Positions 17,451-26,370 of a stretch of DNA of 64,000 nucleotides are shown here, one piece after another (the first letter of the stretch is position 1; each line of letters opens with the position of its first letter). A program made the position numbers and the translations under genes. Origin of the DNA: an uncultured bacterium (GTDB lineage Bacteria > Auribacterota > Erginobacteria > Erginobacterales > CAZKCI01); the NCBI GenBank assembly GCA_964584165.1, contig CAZOYW010000002.1, forward strand, positions 35,488 through 99,487, written 5' to 3'. The notes under the pieces were generated by a model. The model was not told where the DNA came from and did not search any database. It saw only the letters and a list, made by a program, of their open reading frames with translations.

Positions 17451-20000
17451 TCAGGGCGTGGGGCCGATGAAGGTGGAGAGGACCGGGTAGGAGGGCGTGG
17501 AGACGGGGAGGGGGCTGAAGCTGGGGAAAGGCTCGGGCGGCCGCCGCCTCTTTTCTATCTCCTCCAGGTTTTTCCGCGCCGCCTCGGAGGTCACCGGCGC
17601 GAAACCCAGGGCGCTCATCTCGCACTCGCAGGCCGTCCGCTTGCGGATCTCCCAGGAGTCGAGACCGTCGTTTTCGGAGAGGGTCACCTCGAGCACGTGC
17701 CTCCCTTCCGGGATGTAGAGGGTGGAGACCTCATGCCACGCGAAGGCGTCGTCCTTCACCGGGAAGATGGTCTGCTCCAGGATGGGGGGTTTCCCCTCCG
17801 GGGAGAGCCGGAAGGTGACCGGGTCGGAACCGAAGTCCCGGCTCATCAGGGAGTAGAGGTTCTCGTCGCACCAGCCCCTCCGGCGCACCTCCCAAACGTC
17901 GAGTCCGCTCCCCGGGGCGATCCGCGCCGCGAAGGTGTGCTTCCCGGCGGCGAGGGGGAGGACGGCGATCGGGTGCCACTCGAAGGCGTTCTCCCGGGGG
18001 GAGGCGACGGTCCGGCGGGCGAGGGGGGGGGATCGGTCGGGGTCAATCGTCCAGGTGATCGGCTCCCGGCCGAAATCGCGGCTGTAGAGGACGAAGAGCT
18101 CCTCGCCGCAGGGATCGGATTTCCTGAGCTCCCAGGCGTCCAGGCCTGATCCATCCGGGAGGCTCACGTCCACGGAATGTCGCCCCTGGGGGAGGAAGAT
18201 CGAGGCCACGGGGTGCCAGGCGAAGGAGTCCTTCCCGCCGGGCGGGGACGCCGTCTGGAGGAGAAAATCGCCCTTCTCGCCGTCGATCACCCAGACCAGG
18301 GGATTGGGCCCGAAGTCGCGGGCGCGGAGGGCGTAGAGGGTGTCGGACGGGATCTCGAACTCGAAGCGGGCGGAGGCCGGTCCGGTGGCGGAGATCCACT
18401 GCCGGTCGGAGGGATCCCCGTGGTCGGTCCCGGTGGAGACGGCGAAGGCCCCGGAGAGCTTCTGGGCCCGCTCGGCCTCGGCGGAGAGGGCGAGGAGCGC
18501 TTCCGGACCGGGCGAGACCTCCGTCCGGCGGGGGACCTCGACCTCGAAGTAGGCGGTGGCGAAGCCGTCCTCGGCCTTGAGCCAGCGGCCTTCCGAGAGG
18601 TCGCCGTGGTCGGTGGACTCGGAGAAGGCGTGGGGGCCGTCGACCGCGCCGGCCTTTTCCCCCTCGGCCCGGATCCGGGTGGAGCTTTCGCCCTCCGCGT
18701 CCTGCTCCTTCTTCTCGTCGGGGACCGAGATGTCGAACTCGAAGCGGGCGGTGACCTTCTCGGCGGGGGCGAGCCAGCGCTCCCGCGAGGGCTCGCCGTG
18801 CGACGGGTCTTCCGAGAGGGCGTGCCGCCCCTCGACCGCCGCCGCGCTCTCCGCCTCGCGGGCGAGCCAGCGGGCGTAGACGAGGCGGTCCTGCTCGACG
18901 ACGGAGAAGGCGAACGCCCCTTCCGCGACCCCCTTGTCGGCAAGGAGGATGAGGTAGTCCTCCGCCCCCGCCCGGTGCTTCAGAAGTTGGAAGGCGTCGG
19001 CCCCGGTGCCCGGCTTGAGCTCGACGTCGATCCGGTGCCCCCCGGAGTTCAGGGGGACGGTGTCGATGGTGATCCAGCCGAAGCGGTTCGGGTTCTCCGG
19101 GCGGAAGGCGACCCGGTGCTGGTCGATCTCCAGGGAGAGGATATTGTCGGTGTCTCCCCAGAAGCGCCCCTGGAGGCTGTAGAGGCCGTCGCGGAGGACG
19201 GAGATGTAGTAGGTGACGACGGAGGGATCGGAGGCCGGGATGATCCAGCGGTTTTCCGAAGGCTTCCCGTGGTCCCGCGTCTCCCGGACCTCCACCGGGC
19301 CCCGGGAAGACGCGTAGGACTCGGCCTCCCAGATCCGGCAGGGCTCGGCGTCGACGGGGAGGAACTGCTCCCAGTTGAGGACGCGGGCCAGCGACTCGGC
19401 CTTCTCGGCGAAGTTGAGGGGGGCGGCGGGGGCGAATCCGCCGGCGGGGGCGATGGGGGGGGCGGAGGAGGTGATGAACTCGAGGACGTCAATCCCCCCT
19501 TCGGCGGGGAGATCGACGGTGATCAAGTGCTCGCCCGGCTTGAGGTCGATCCGGTCGCTGACGGTCTCCCAGTCCAGGGACTCCTCGGGCCGGACCTTGA
19601 TCGGGTCCCCCCCGTCGATCGCCCAGAACTGCTCCTTCCCGCTGACCCGCGCCCGGAGGAGATAGCTCTTCTCCAGGGGGATGGTCACCCGGTAGGTGAC
19701 CTTGCCCGGCGCATTTCCGGCCCGGGCCCATCTCCCCAGGCTCAAGGAGCCGTCCGGCGCGCCGGCGGCGGCCGCCCCCGCGCTCGCCTCCGAATAGTCC
19801 TCGCCCTCTTTGCGGATGTAGCCCCCCTGGGAGAGTGCCCGGATGTAATCTTCCTTGCCGGCCGAGGGGGGAAGGCTTTCCTTGAGACCGGTCCCCTCGG
19901 CGAGGTACGAAGCCCATTCGCCCTGGGTGATGGCCTCGGTCTGGCCGGAGGCCGGGCCGAGCCAAACCATCCCCGCCGCTACGATCGCGAGCGCATGCAT
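17451..20000 (-). CDS. Secreted ~850-aa protein of unknown function with at least 5 internal ~100-aa repeats
   Basis: Start MHALAIVAAGMVWLGPASG (signal peptide) at 20000. Repeats end in a conserved ...G(K/R)H...(L/V)...G(L/I)D.WE(I/V/L)R(K/R) block (DVLEF / DAFQLLK / DAWELRK / DVWEVRR / DSWEIRK). Confidence 0.6.
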   Translation of the reverse strand: MHALAIVAAGMVWLGPASGQTEAITQGEWASYLAEGTGLKESLPPSAGKEDYIRALSQGGYIRKEGEDYSEASAGAAAAGAPDGSLSLGRWARAGNAPGKVTYRVTIPLEKSYLLRARVSGKEQFWAIDGGDPIKVRPEESLDWETVSDRIDLKPGEHLITVDLPAEGGIDVLEFITSSAPPIAPAGGFAPAAPLNFAEKAESLARVLNWEQFLPVDAEPCRIWEAESYASSRGPVEVRETRDHGKPSENRWIIPASDPSVVTYYISVLRDGLYSLQGRFWGDTDNILSLEIDQHRVAFRPENPNRFGWITIDTVPLNSGGHRIDVELKPGTGADAFQLLKHRAGAEDYLILLADKGVAEGAFAFSVVEQDRLVYARWLAREAESAAAVEGRHALSEDPSHGEPSRERWLAPAEKVTARFEFDISVPDEKKEQDAEGESSTRIRAEGEKAGAVDGPHAFSESTDHGDLSEGRWLKAEDGFATAYFEVEVPRRTEVSPGPEALLALSAEAERAQKLSGAFAVSTGTDHGDPSDRQWISATGPASARFEFEIPSDTLYALRARDFGPNPLVWVIDGEKGDFLLQTASPPGGKDSFAWHPVASIFLPQGRHSVDVSLPDGSGLDAWELRKSDPCGEELFVLYSRDFGREPITWTIDPDRSPPLARRTVASPRENAFEWHPIAVLPLAAGKHTFAARIAPGSGLDVWEVRRRGWCDENLYSLMSRDFGSDPVTFRLSPEGKPPILEQTIFPVKDDAFAWHEVSTLYIPEGRHVLEVTLSENDGLDSWEIRKRTACECEMSALGFAPVTSEAARKNLEEIEKRRRPPEPFPSFSPLPVSTPSYPVLSTFIGPTP

Positions 20001-20119
20001 GAGCACCTGCCTGTTTGGTTTATATTTAAGCGAAATAGTATATATGTATTGATGGAACGGCGCAAATAATTTGAATACCAAGAAGTAGGTAAAAGCGTCA
20101 ACGCGGGGAACGGGGGGAA

Positions 20120-20170
20120 AAAAGAACGGGAGGCGGAAAGCGACGGGTCGCCTTCCGCCTCCCGTTTTCG
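20120..20170. terminator. Bidirectional rho-independent terminator hairpin
   Basis: aacgggaggcggaa-N13-ttccgcctcccgtt followed by TTTTCG, and preceded by GGGGGGAAAAAAG on the other strand. Confidence 0.6.
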
Positions 20171-20181
20171 CTTTTCTTAGG

Positions 20182-21999
20182 TTACTTGGCCTCGCCTTCC
20201 GCCGGCTTTTGCGGAGCGGGCTCGGCGGCCTTGGTTTTGCTCTCGAAGAGCTTCTTGACCGCCAGGATCTTCTCCATCGGGAAGGCGCTGCCCGCGCGGA
20301 GCGTCTCCCCCTCGGCCCGGATGGTGGCCACCAGGGGGAGGTCGAGCGCGGCGATCTTCTTGAGCGTCTCGGCCGCCTCGCCCTTGACCTGGTCGGCCGG
20401 GAGGAGACCCATGATCCCCCGGAGGAAGGAGTCGAGAGAGAGGAAGATCACCCCGTTGGCGCTCCCGGCGGAGGGGCCGAAACGGGAGGCCTCGAACGAG
20501 GCCTGGGCGGAGCTGACCCGGTCCACGATCTCGCCGATCCGCGATTCCCCCCCCCAGCTCATGGCGGAGACGCCGATCTTCCCCACCGCCGCCATCGCCA
20601 CGGTCATCGTCTGGGACATCCAGCTCCCGACGGTCTTCAGCGCCTCCGGGGGGATGGAGAGGGCGCCGGGGTCGACGCGGACCCGCAGGGTGTAGACGTC
20701 GATGTCTTTGTACTTAGCGGGCTTCTCGATCCCGGAGGTGTCATAGGTCATTCCCTTCCCGGCGGCGGAACCCTTCCAGGCCGGGATGACGTCCAGGACC
20801 CCCTGGCGGATGTAGTTCTTCCACCCCGCCTCGCTTTTGATCTCCATCACGCTCACGCCGGAGAAGAAGGTCCCGGGCGGGCTGGAGATACAGAAGGCCT
20901 CTTCCTCGCCCATGGTCTCGACCATGGCCTTGATCGCCTGGAGGTAGGAGCTGCGCGCTTTGGGGTCGGGGGCCGCGCCGGCGAGGGGAGGAGACTGGTA
21001 CATGAGGTCGAACATCCGGCTGTAGAAACCCATGAGCATCTCGGGGCGGCTCACCCGGAAGTCGGCGGCCAACCAGGAATCCCGGTCGAGGAAGCGGGCC
21101 AGCTTGAGCTCGCCCTTCTTCTGGGCGGCCAGGAAGGCGGCCAGCGTGGTCCCGGGACGGGCGGTGACGGACTTCTCGACGGCCGCTCCGGCCTTGTCCA
21201 GCGTGATTCCCAGCTCCGCCCGCCGCACCTGGGCGAGATAGCCGAGGTAGAGATCGACCTGGGCGTGGAGCATCTTCGCGGAGGCGTCCGCGCCCGCCGA
21301 CTCGTCGATCGCCTGAAGCTGCTTATCCGCCTCCTCGCGGAGGAGCTTGCCCAGGGTCTCGGCCTCGAAGACCAGGACGAGGTTGTGTCCGAGACCGGGG
21401 GAGAGGGTTTCCGGGGCCAGTCCCTGGAGCCGGCCGAGGAGGTCCGGGTTCTCGGAGACCCAGGCCGTGTCTCCCCGGATGGCGAGGAAGGGCTCCTCGG
21501 AGGTCTTGTAGAAGCGGTTGACGTCGCTCTGCTCGTCCGGGGAGGCGGCGTCGTAGGCGGCGCTGTCGAAGGTCGAAACCTTGCGCGCGTAAACCTTGAC
21601 CCCGCTCGCGGCGTCGCTCTGTTTCAGGATCGGCGGCTCCTCCAGCCCCTTGAGGTAGGCGTCGAGCTGGCTGATCCGGAAGGCGGCGGCCAGGGGCTGC
21701 GGGTTCTCCTTGGGGTTGAGCATGACGAGCAGGAGGGGCCCCTTCATGTCCACCGCGGAGAGGTCGGGGTTGGAGAGCATCTGCCCGAGCAGCGATTTCA
21801 CGAACATCAGCCCGGCGTTGGGAGTCCCCAGGGCGCCGAGGAAGGAGTCGGCGTCGGCGAAGAGCTTCTCGGGGCTGGGGACCCAGAGGTAGCCGACGGT
21901 TCCGGGGGGGAGGGAGGGAGCTTGCGCGGCCGGGGCTATTAGCGCTCCGGCGAGGCAGGCGGCGATCGCCGCGATCGCGATGACGGTTCTCGTGGACAT
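20182..21999 (-). CDS. Secreted hypothetical protein (signal peptide; ~605 aa)
   Basis: Start MSTRTVIAIAAIAACLAG at 21999 with a perfect AGGAGG SD 7 nt upstream. No recognisable domain. Confidence 0.55.
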   Translation of the reverse strand: MSTRTVIAIAAIAACLAGALIAPAAQAPSLPPGTVGYLWVPSPEKLFADADSFLGALGTPNAGLMFVKSLLGQMLSNPDLSAVDMKGPLLLVMLNPKENPQPLAAAFRISQLDAYLKGLEEPPILKQSDAASGVKVYARKVSTFDSAAYDAASPDEQSDVNRFYKTSEEPFLAIRGDTAWVSENPDLLGRLQGLAPETLSPGLGHNLVLVFEAETLGKLLREEADKQLQAIDESAGADASAKMLHAQVDLYLGYLAQVRRAELGITLDKAGAAVEKSVTARPGTTLAAFLAAQKKGELKLARFLDRDSWLAADFRVSRPEMLMGFYSRMFDLMYQSPPLAGAAPDPKARSSYLQAIKAMVETMGEEEAFCISSPPGTFFSGVSVMEIKSEAGWKNYIRQGVLDVIPAWKGSAAGKGMTYDTSGIEKPAKYKDIDVYTLRVRVDPGALSIPPEALKTVGSWMSQTMTVAMAAVGKIGVSAMSWGGESRIGEIVDRVSSAQASFEASRFGPSAGSANGVIFLSLDSFLRGIMGLLPADQVKGEAAETLKKIAALDLPLVATIRAEGETLRAGSAFPMEKILAVKKLFESKTKAAEPAPQKPAEGEAK

Positions 22000-22117
22000 G
22001 GCGGACCTCCTAGGTTCTGGCGTGCGCGTTTCGGTATGCAAATAGCTTGCTTAGTGTATATACAGTGGGTTACGAAGACAAGGTAATCTTTCGCGCTGGC
22101 CGGGGCAGTCCCGTCGC

Positions 22118-22250
22118 GTGCTTCGTAGCCGCGGTCTTTCAAGTCCGCGGGACGGGTCGCGCGGACCTCGTAAGGTCCGCGTTTACGAGAGCTTGACGGG
22201 TCGCGCGGACCTCGTAAGGTCCGCGCCTACGAGAGCTCGGCGGCGCGCTA
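22118..22250. repeat. REP-like compound hairpin element: unit A (ccgcggtctttcaagtccgcgg) plus a tandem ~40-bp unit B x2 (gtcgcgcggacctcgtaaggtccgcg)
   Basis: Read directly. A second copy with the units in swapped order is at 26266-26370. Confidence 0.85.
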
Positions 22251-22292
22251 AACGCGAGGAAGAGCAACGGAGACCGAAAGGAGACCTGGATA

Positions 22293-22751
22293 ATGAAAAT
22301 CCCGCTGGACAAGATCGCCATCGACGAGGCGCACCGCATCCGCCGGGATCACGGGAACCTGGCCGCCCTCAAGGCCTCGATCTCGCGGCTCGGGCTCCTC
22401 AACCCGATCGTCATCGACGAGGAATACCGTCTGGTCGCCGGCTACCGGAGGCTCTTGGCCTGCCGGGCGCTGGGCTGGAAGGAGATCGACGCCCACCTCG
22501 TCCCTTTCCGCCGCGACCTCCTGCTCATGCTCGACGCCGAGGTGGACGAGAACCTGGCCCGGAAGGACTTCACGCCGGAGGAGATCATCGGGATCGAGCG
22601 TCGCCGCCAGGAGATCATCCGTCTTCTTAGGGGAAACTTCTTCCAGCGGATCTGGCGCTCTCTCCGCCGCCTCTGGTTCCGCCTCTTCCCCCCCCGCGCC
22701 CGTCCCGGCGCAAACAAGATTAACCGCGAATTCACGCGAATAAAGCGCTAA
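22293..22751 (+). CDS. ParB/Srx-like N-terminal-domain protein (small, 152 aa)
   Basis: IDEAHRIRRDHGNLAALKASISRLGLLNPIVIDEEYRLVAGYRRLLACRALGW is the ParB N-terminal (ParB/sulfiredoxin) fold. Good SD AAAGGAGA. Confidence 0.65.
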   Translation: MKIPLDKIAIDEAHRIRRDHGNLAALKASISRLGLLNPIVIDEEYRLVAGYRRLLACRALGWKEIDAHLVPFRRDLLLMLDAEVDENLARKDFTPEEIIGIERRRQEIIRLLRGNFFQRIWRSLRRLWFRLFPPRARPGANKINREFTRIKR

Positions 22752-22915
22752 TTGGATCGAATCGAGCCCACAATAGATTATCAACTACGAATTGCGCGAA
22801 TTACGCGAATTATCTCATCCGATCCCCATTCGCGAAATTCGCGTAATTCATAGTTTATTTCGCCGAGCCAAGCCGGGATGATTCGCGTTTTATTTGCTTG
22901 ATTCGCGGTTAAATT
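22741..22915. promoter_or_regulatory. AT-rich array of at least 6 TTCGCGAA-type 8-bp palindromes (parS-/operator-like) immediately 3' of the ParB-like gene
   Basis: gaattgcgcgaattacgcgaatt ... cattcgcgaaattcgcgtaatt ... gattcgcgttt ... gattcgcggtt. The local GC is far below the ~70% background. Confidence 0.6.
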
Positions 22916-25552
22916 TTAGCGCGTGACCGGGATGTCGCCGGTGGAGCCGAGGTAGACCCGGGTCAAGGCGCGCGCGTTCCACATCCCCGCCCCGTCGCGG
23001 AAGATCCCGGCGTCGTCGGCCCCCTCCCCGTCGTAGTCGGCCGGAACCGGCCGGTCGCCCGCGGCGCCGAAGTAGAAGGTGGTGAGGAGGCGGATCGCCC
23101 AGTAGCCGTTCGCCGGCCGGAAGACGGCGATCTCCGCGCGCCCGTCGCCGTCGTAGTCGGCGGGCGCGGCGATGTCCGCGCCCCCCCCGAAGTAGGCCCG
23201 GGTGACGTTCCGCGCCGACCAGAGGGACTGCGAGCCCCGGAAGACGGCGAGGTCCCTCGTCCCATCGCCGTCGTAGTCGGCGGGGACGGGAAGGTCGGCG
23301 GACCCGCCGAAGTATTCCCGGGTGAGGGCGTAGATCACCCAGAAGCCCGCCGCCGGGCGGAAGATCGCCGGGCGGCTCGACCCGTCGCCCGCGTAGTCGC
23401 CGGGGAGGACGAAGTCCTCCGCCCCGCCGAAGTAGACGCGGGTGAGGTTCCGGATCGACCACATGACCGAGGAGGGGCGGAAGATCCCGATCTCGCTAGT
23501 CCCGTCGCCGTTGTAGTCGGCGGGGACGGGGAGGTCGGCTATCCCGCCGAAGATGACCCGAGTGACGTTCCGGACCGTCCATTGGCCGTTCGCCTGACGG
23601 AAGATCCCGATCTCGCTCGTCCCGTCGCCGTCGTAGTCGCCGGAGGCAAGCACGTGCTTCGCGGGGGTGGGCGTGGCGGCCGTCCCCGGCGAGGGCGTCG
23701 GGGTCGCGGTTGCCGCGGGTCTGGGCGTCGGGGTGGGGCTCGGCGTCCGGCTCGGCGAAGGGGCCGGCGTGGCCGAAGGCGTCGGCGTGGCCGAGGGGAG
23801 AGCCGTGGGGGTGGGGGAGGGTGATGAGGTCGGGGAGGGGGAGGGCGTTTCATAGCCCGGCGGCGTGGAGGTGGGCGAGGCGGTAGGGCTGGGGGTGGGG
23901 GTCCGGGTCGGGGTGACGCTGGGTCCCACATTGAACTGGTTGCTCACGTCCCACTCCTCGGTCGCGCTTGGATAAGTCATCATCGCCCAGATCCGGAACT
24001 TGGTGGGTTGCAGTCCGCCGCCCGGCATGGGCAGATCGGCCTTGCAGTTCCAGTTATAGACGTGCTCGGCGCCGCCGAGGGAGGAGGTCAGATTGGACGT
24101 GTTTTCGCCCCAGGCCGCCTTGGTCGCCCCATACCAAAAATCCCCGGCAATGCTGTACTCGGCGCGGATGAGGGGGGTGGTGGAGCTGTTCCACGAGTAG
24201 AGGCGATAGTTCACCGGGACGGCGTTGGACCAGACGCGGCTGGGCAGGTCGTTGACCTCGACGGAGCGCGCCCCCTTCTTGATCCCCGCCCCCAGCTGTC
24301 GCCGCTCCTCCGGTGTCTCCGTCCGTCCGCTCCGGAGGAAGAAGTAGCTCGTCCCCAGACGGACGGAGTCGAGGTCGGCGTTGCCGAGCTCGTTCCAGGA
24401 GCCGGACTCCCCGCTCGCCTCCCCGATCTCTCCGATCGGCCATTCCCGCAAGACCCAGCGGAAGCCGTTGGTGGAGTACCAGGAGGCGATCGGACCGTCC
24501 TCGCCCTCATGCGTCCACATCATCCATCCCTGCCGGACGCCGTAGTAGTAGACCTCCTCGAAGGCGTCGAGATGGTCGGGATAGCTTAGGCCCGGATCGG
24601 TGTAGCCGGTGAAGGCGACGAGTTTGTTCGGTATCTGACCGGGGGAGCGGGTTCGGCAGTAGGGATCGTTGGCGTAGAGAGTCCAGTTGAGGCCGTTGGA
24701 GGATAGATAGAGCTCGTAGTAATAGGGATCGCCGTTCTCGGAGCTATTCAGGTACATCAGATAGCGGTTGTTCATGGAGTTGGAGTCGGTGGTGGAGAGC
24801 GCCGGGAGGCCTTCCGGGCGATAGAGGACGGTGGGCTTGGACATCACCCGGTAGGCGTCGACGGTCTTGGCCGCGGGCGGGCAGTACACCCCTTCCGAGA
24901 AGGCGCGCCAGGAGACGCCGTCGGTGGACTCGGCGTACTGGAAGTGGCGGCCGGCGTCGGGAGGGGCGTTGGCGAACCACATCCGTCCCTTGATGCGCTG
25001 GCTCTCGGCCGTCCACCTCACCTCGAACTCCGGGAAGGTCTCCCGCGACCAGGCGACGGTGTGGCAGCCCATGCCGTGGGCGAAGAGGCTTTCGACCGCG
25101 ATCGCCTCCCCCCCGTTCCCGTATTCCCAGGCCATCCCGTCGGAGGAATGGGCGACGAAGAGCCGGCCGGATTCGGTGTCGTCCGTCCAGCCCTGGAAGA
25201 TCGCGGTGAGACGCGACCCGTCCCAGCCGATCGCGCTGTCGAAGGCCCCGTGTCCGTCCCGGCTCGGGATCGCGGCGGCGGAGCCTTGCGACCAGTCGGC
25301 GTAGGTAAAGCCCGTCCAGAAGGGGGGGATGGGGGTCTTGGCGGGGGAGGGCGTGGGCGTCGCGGTGGGTGTCGCGAGGGGCGTCGGCGTCCGGGGCGGC
25401 GTGGGGGTTTGGTATCCCGGAGGCGTGAGCGTCGGGGCCGCCGCCGGGGTCGGCGTGAAGAAACCTTCGGGCGTGGGCGGCGGGGTCTGCCCCCGCAGTG
25501 CCGGCGGCAGAATGAGGAGAACGGCGAAGGCGATGGCGGCCCGTCGTTTCAT
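22916..25552 (-). CDS. Secreted protein with Pro/Thr-rich linkers and 7 C-terminal FG-GAP/VCBS-type repeats (beta-propeller)
   Basis: Signal peptide [15 protein letters not shown], (TPTP)n linkers, and the repeated block PADYDGDG(T/R)xE(I/L)(G/A)(I/V)FR. Confidence 0.7.
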   Translation of the reverse strand: MKRRAAIAFAVLLILPPALRGQTPPPTPEGFFTPTPAAAPTLTPPGYQTPTPPRTPTPLATPTATPTPSPAKTPIPPFWTGFTYADWSQGSAAAIPSRDGHGAFDSAIGWDGSRLTAIFQGWTDDTESGRLFVAHSSDGMAWEYGNGGEAIAVESLFAHGMGCHTVAWSRETFPEFEVRWTAESQRIKGRMWFANAPPDAGRHFQYAESTDGVSWRAFSEGVYCPPAAKTVDAYRVMSKPTVLYRPEGLPALSTTDSNSMNNRYLMYLNSSENGDPYYYELYLSSNGLNWTLYANDPYCRTRSPGQIPNKLVAFTGYTDPGLSYPDHLDAFEEVYYYGVRQGWMMWTHEGEDGPIASWYSTNGFRWVLREWPIGEIGEASGESGSWNELGNADLDSVRLGTSYFFLRSGRTETPEERRQLGAGIKKGARSVEVNDLPSRVWSNAVPVNYRLYSWNSSTTPLIRAEYSIAGDFWYGATKAAWGENTSNLTSSLGGAEHVYNWNCKADLPMPGGGLQPTKFRIWAMMTYPSATEEWDVSNQFNVGPSVTPTRTPTPSPTASPTSTPPGYETPSPSPTSSPSPTPTALPSATPTPSATPAPSPSRTPSPTPTPRPAATATPTPSPGTAATPTPAKHVLASGDYDGDGTSEIGIFRQANGQWTVRNVTRVIFGGIADLPVPADYNGDGTSEIGIFRPSSVMWSIRNLTRVYFGGAEDFVLPGDYAGDGSSRPAIFRPAAGFWVIYALTREYFGGSADLPVPADYDGDGTRDLAVFRGSQSLWSARNVTRAYFGGGADIAAPADYDGDGRAEIAVFRPANGYWAIRLLTTFYFGAAGDRPVPADYDGEGADDAGIFRDGAGMWNARALTRVYLGSTGDIPVTR

Positions 25553-25631
25553 AAATCACCAGTATAAATATCGAAGGTCGGGCTGACCATGTCAAGGTGT
25601 CGTCAGCGGCGGGAGCCGCGAGACGGGCGTC

Positions 25632-26216
25632 TCAGTCGCGTTCCGGCCCCCGGACGGGGCGGACGAAGAGCTCGTGGTCCATGGAGGCGTGGTTGACGTA
25701 GCCCAGGTTGAAGTAGACGTACCAGGCGTGGGCGGTGTTGTAGGTGAAGGGGGTCGAGGTCCAGTAGAAGTCGGAGCGGGTCGCGGGGAAGCAAGCGGCG
25801 TCGATGGCGGGGTCGGTTTTCCCGAGGTCGAGTATGCTCACAAGCTCCTTGCAGTTGGGGAGCCGCCAGTCGCCGTGGCCGGCGAATTCGAGCCGCTCGC
25901 AATAGTTGATCGCCTCCGTCCAGTTGTATTTCCTCCATCCCCCCTCTTCCCGGAAGGGTGTGGGGGGGACGGTGTCGATGTCGCCCCGCCCGGAGCCGAT
26001 CCAGGTCAGGCCGGTGTTCGGGTCGGTGACCGTCCCGTCGCCGTGGTCGGCGAAGCGCAGGGGCGCTCCCGCGCGGTAGGATCCGTCGTCCCCTTCCCGG
26101 ACGACGGCGGTGACGCCGGTGGCGGGGAGGGAAGGGCGGGTTTTCTCTCCCGCCCCGGCCGCCGCGCACCCGGCCAGGAGGAGACAAGCGAAACCGAAGC
26201 TGCCAGTTCTGATCAT
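25632..26216 (-). CDS. DUF1566 (Lcl C-terminal-like) lipoprotein
   Basis: Lipobox LLLAGCAAAG. GDWRLPNCKELVSILD is the DUF1566 signature. Confidence 0.6.
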   Translation of the reverse strand: MIRTGSFGFACLLLAGCAAAGAGEKTRPSLPATGVTAVVREGDDGSYRAGAPLRFADHGDGTVTDPNTGLTWIGSGRGDIDTVPPTPFREEGGWRKYNWTEAINYCERLEFAGHGDWRLPNCKELVSILDLGKTDPAIDAACFPATRSDFYWTSTPFTYNTAHAWYVYFNLGYVNHASMDHELFVRPVRGPERD

Positions 26217-26265
26217 TTGTTCACCGGTGCGTTCATCCCGCCGCGCCGCGACGACGGGATACTGT

Positions 26266-26370
26266 TGTGGGCCGGTCGCGCGGACCTCAAGGTCCGCGCC
26301 TACGGGGTGCTCGGGAGCGGCGCGTCGATGCGTCGCGTTCGTAGCCGCGGACTTTTAAGTCCGCGGGACG
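26266..26370. repeat. Second copy of the REP-like compound hairpin element (unit B then unit A), overlapping the stop codon of the downstream Wzy gene
   Basis: ggtcgcgcggacctcaaggtccgcgcctacg ... cgttcgtagccgcggacttttaagtccgcgggacgggg. Compare with 22118-22250. Confidence 0.85.

Noticed and set aside
15188-17470. Very long plus-strand ORFs in the track (e.g., 15188-17470, 18177-20069, 20209-21942, 25674-27092, 29560-32091 minus, 3551-5203, 9819-10940)
   Set aside because: They lie antisense to well-supported genes (Wza, the outer-membrane barrel, the repeat protein, Wzy and others). Their products are Gly/Arg/Pro/Asp low-complexity strings typical of open antisense frames in ~70% GC DNA, and none has a recognisable domain.
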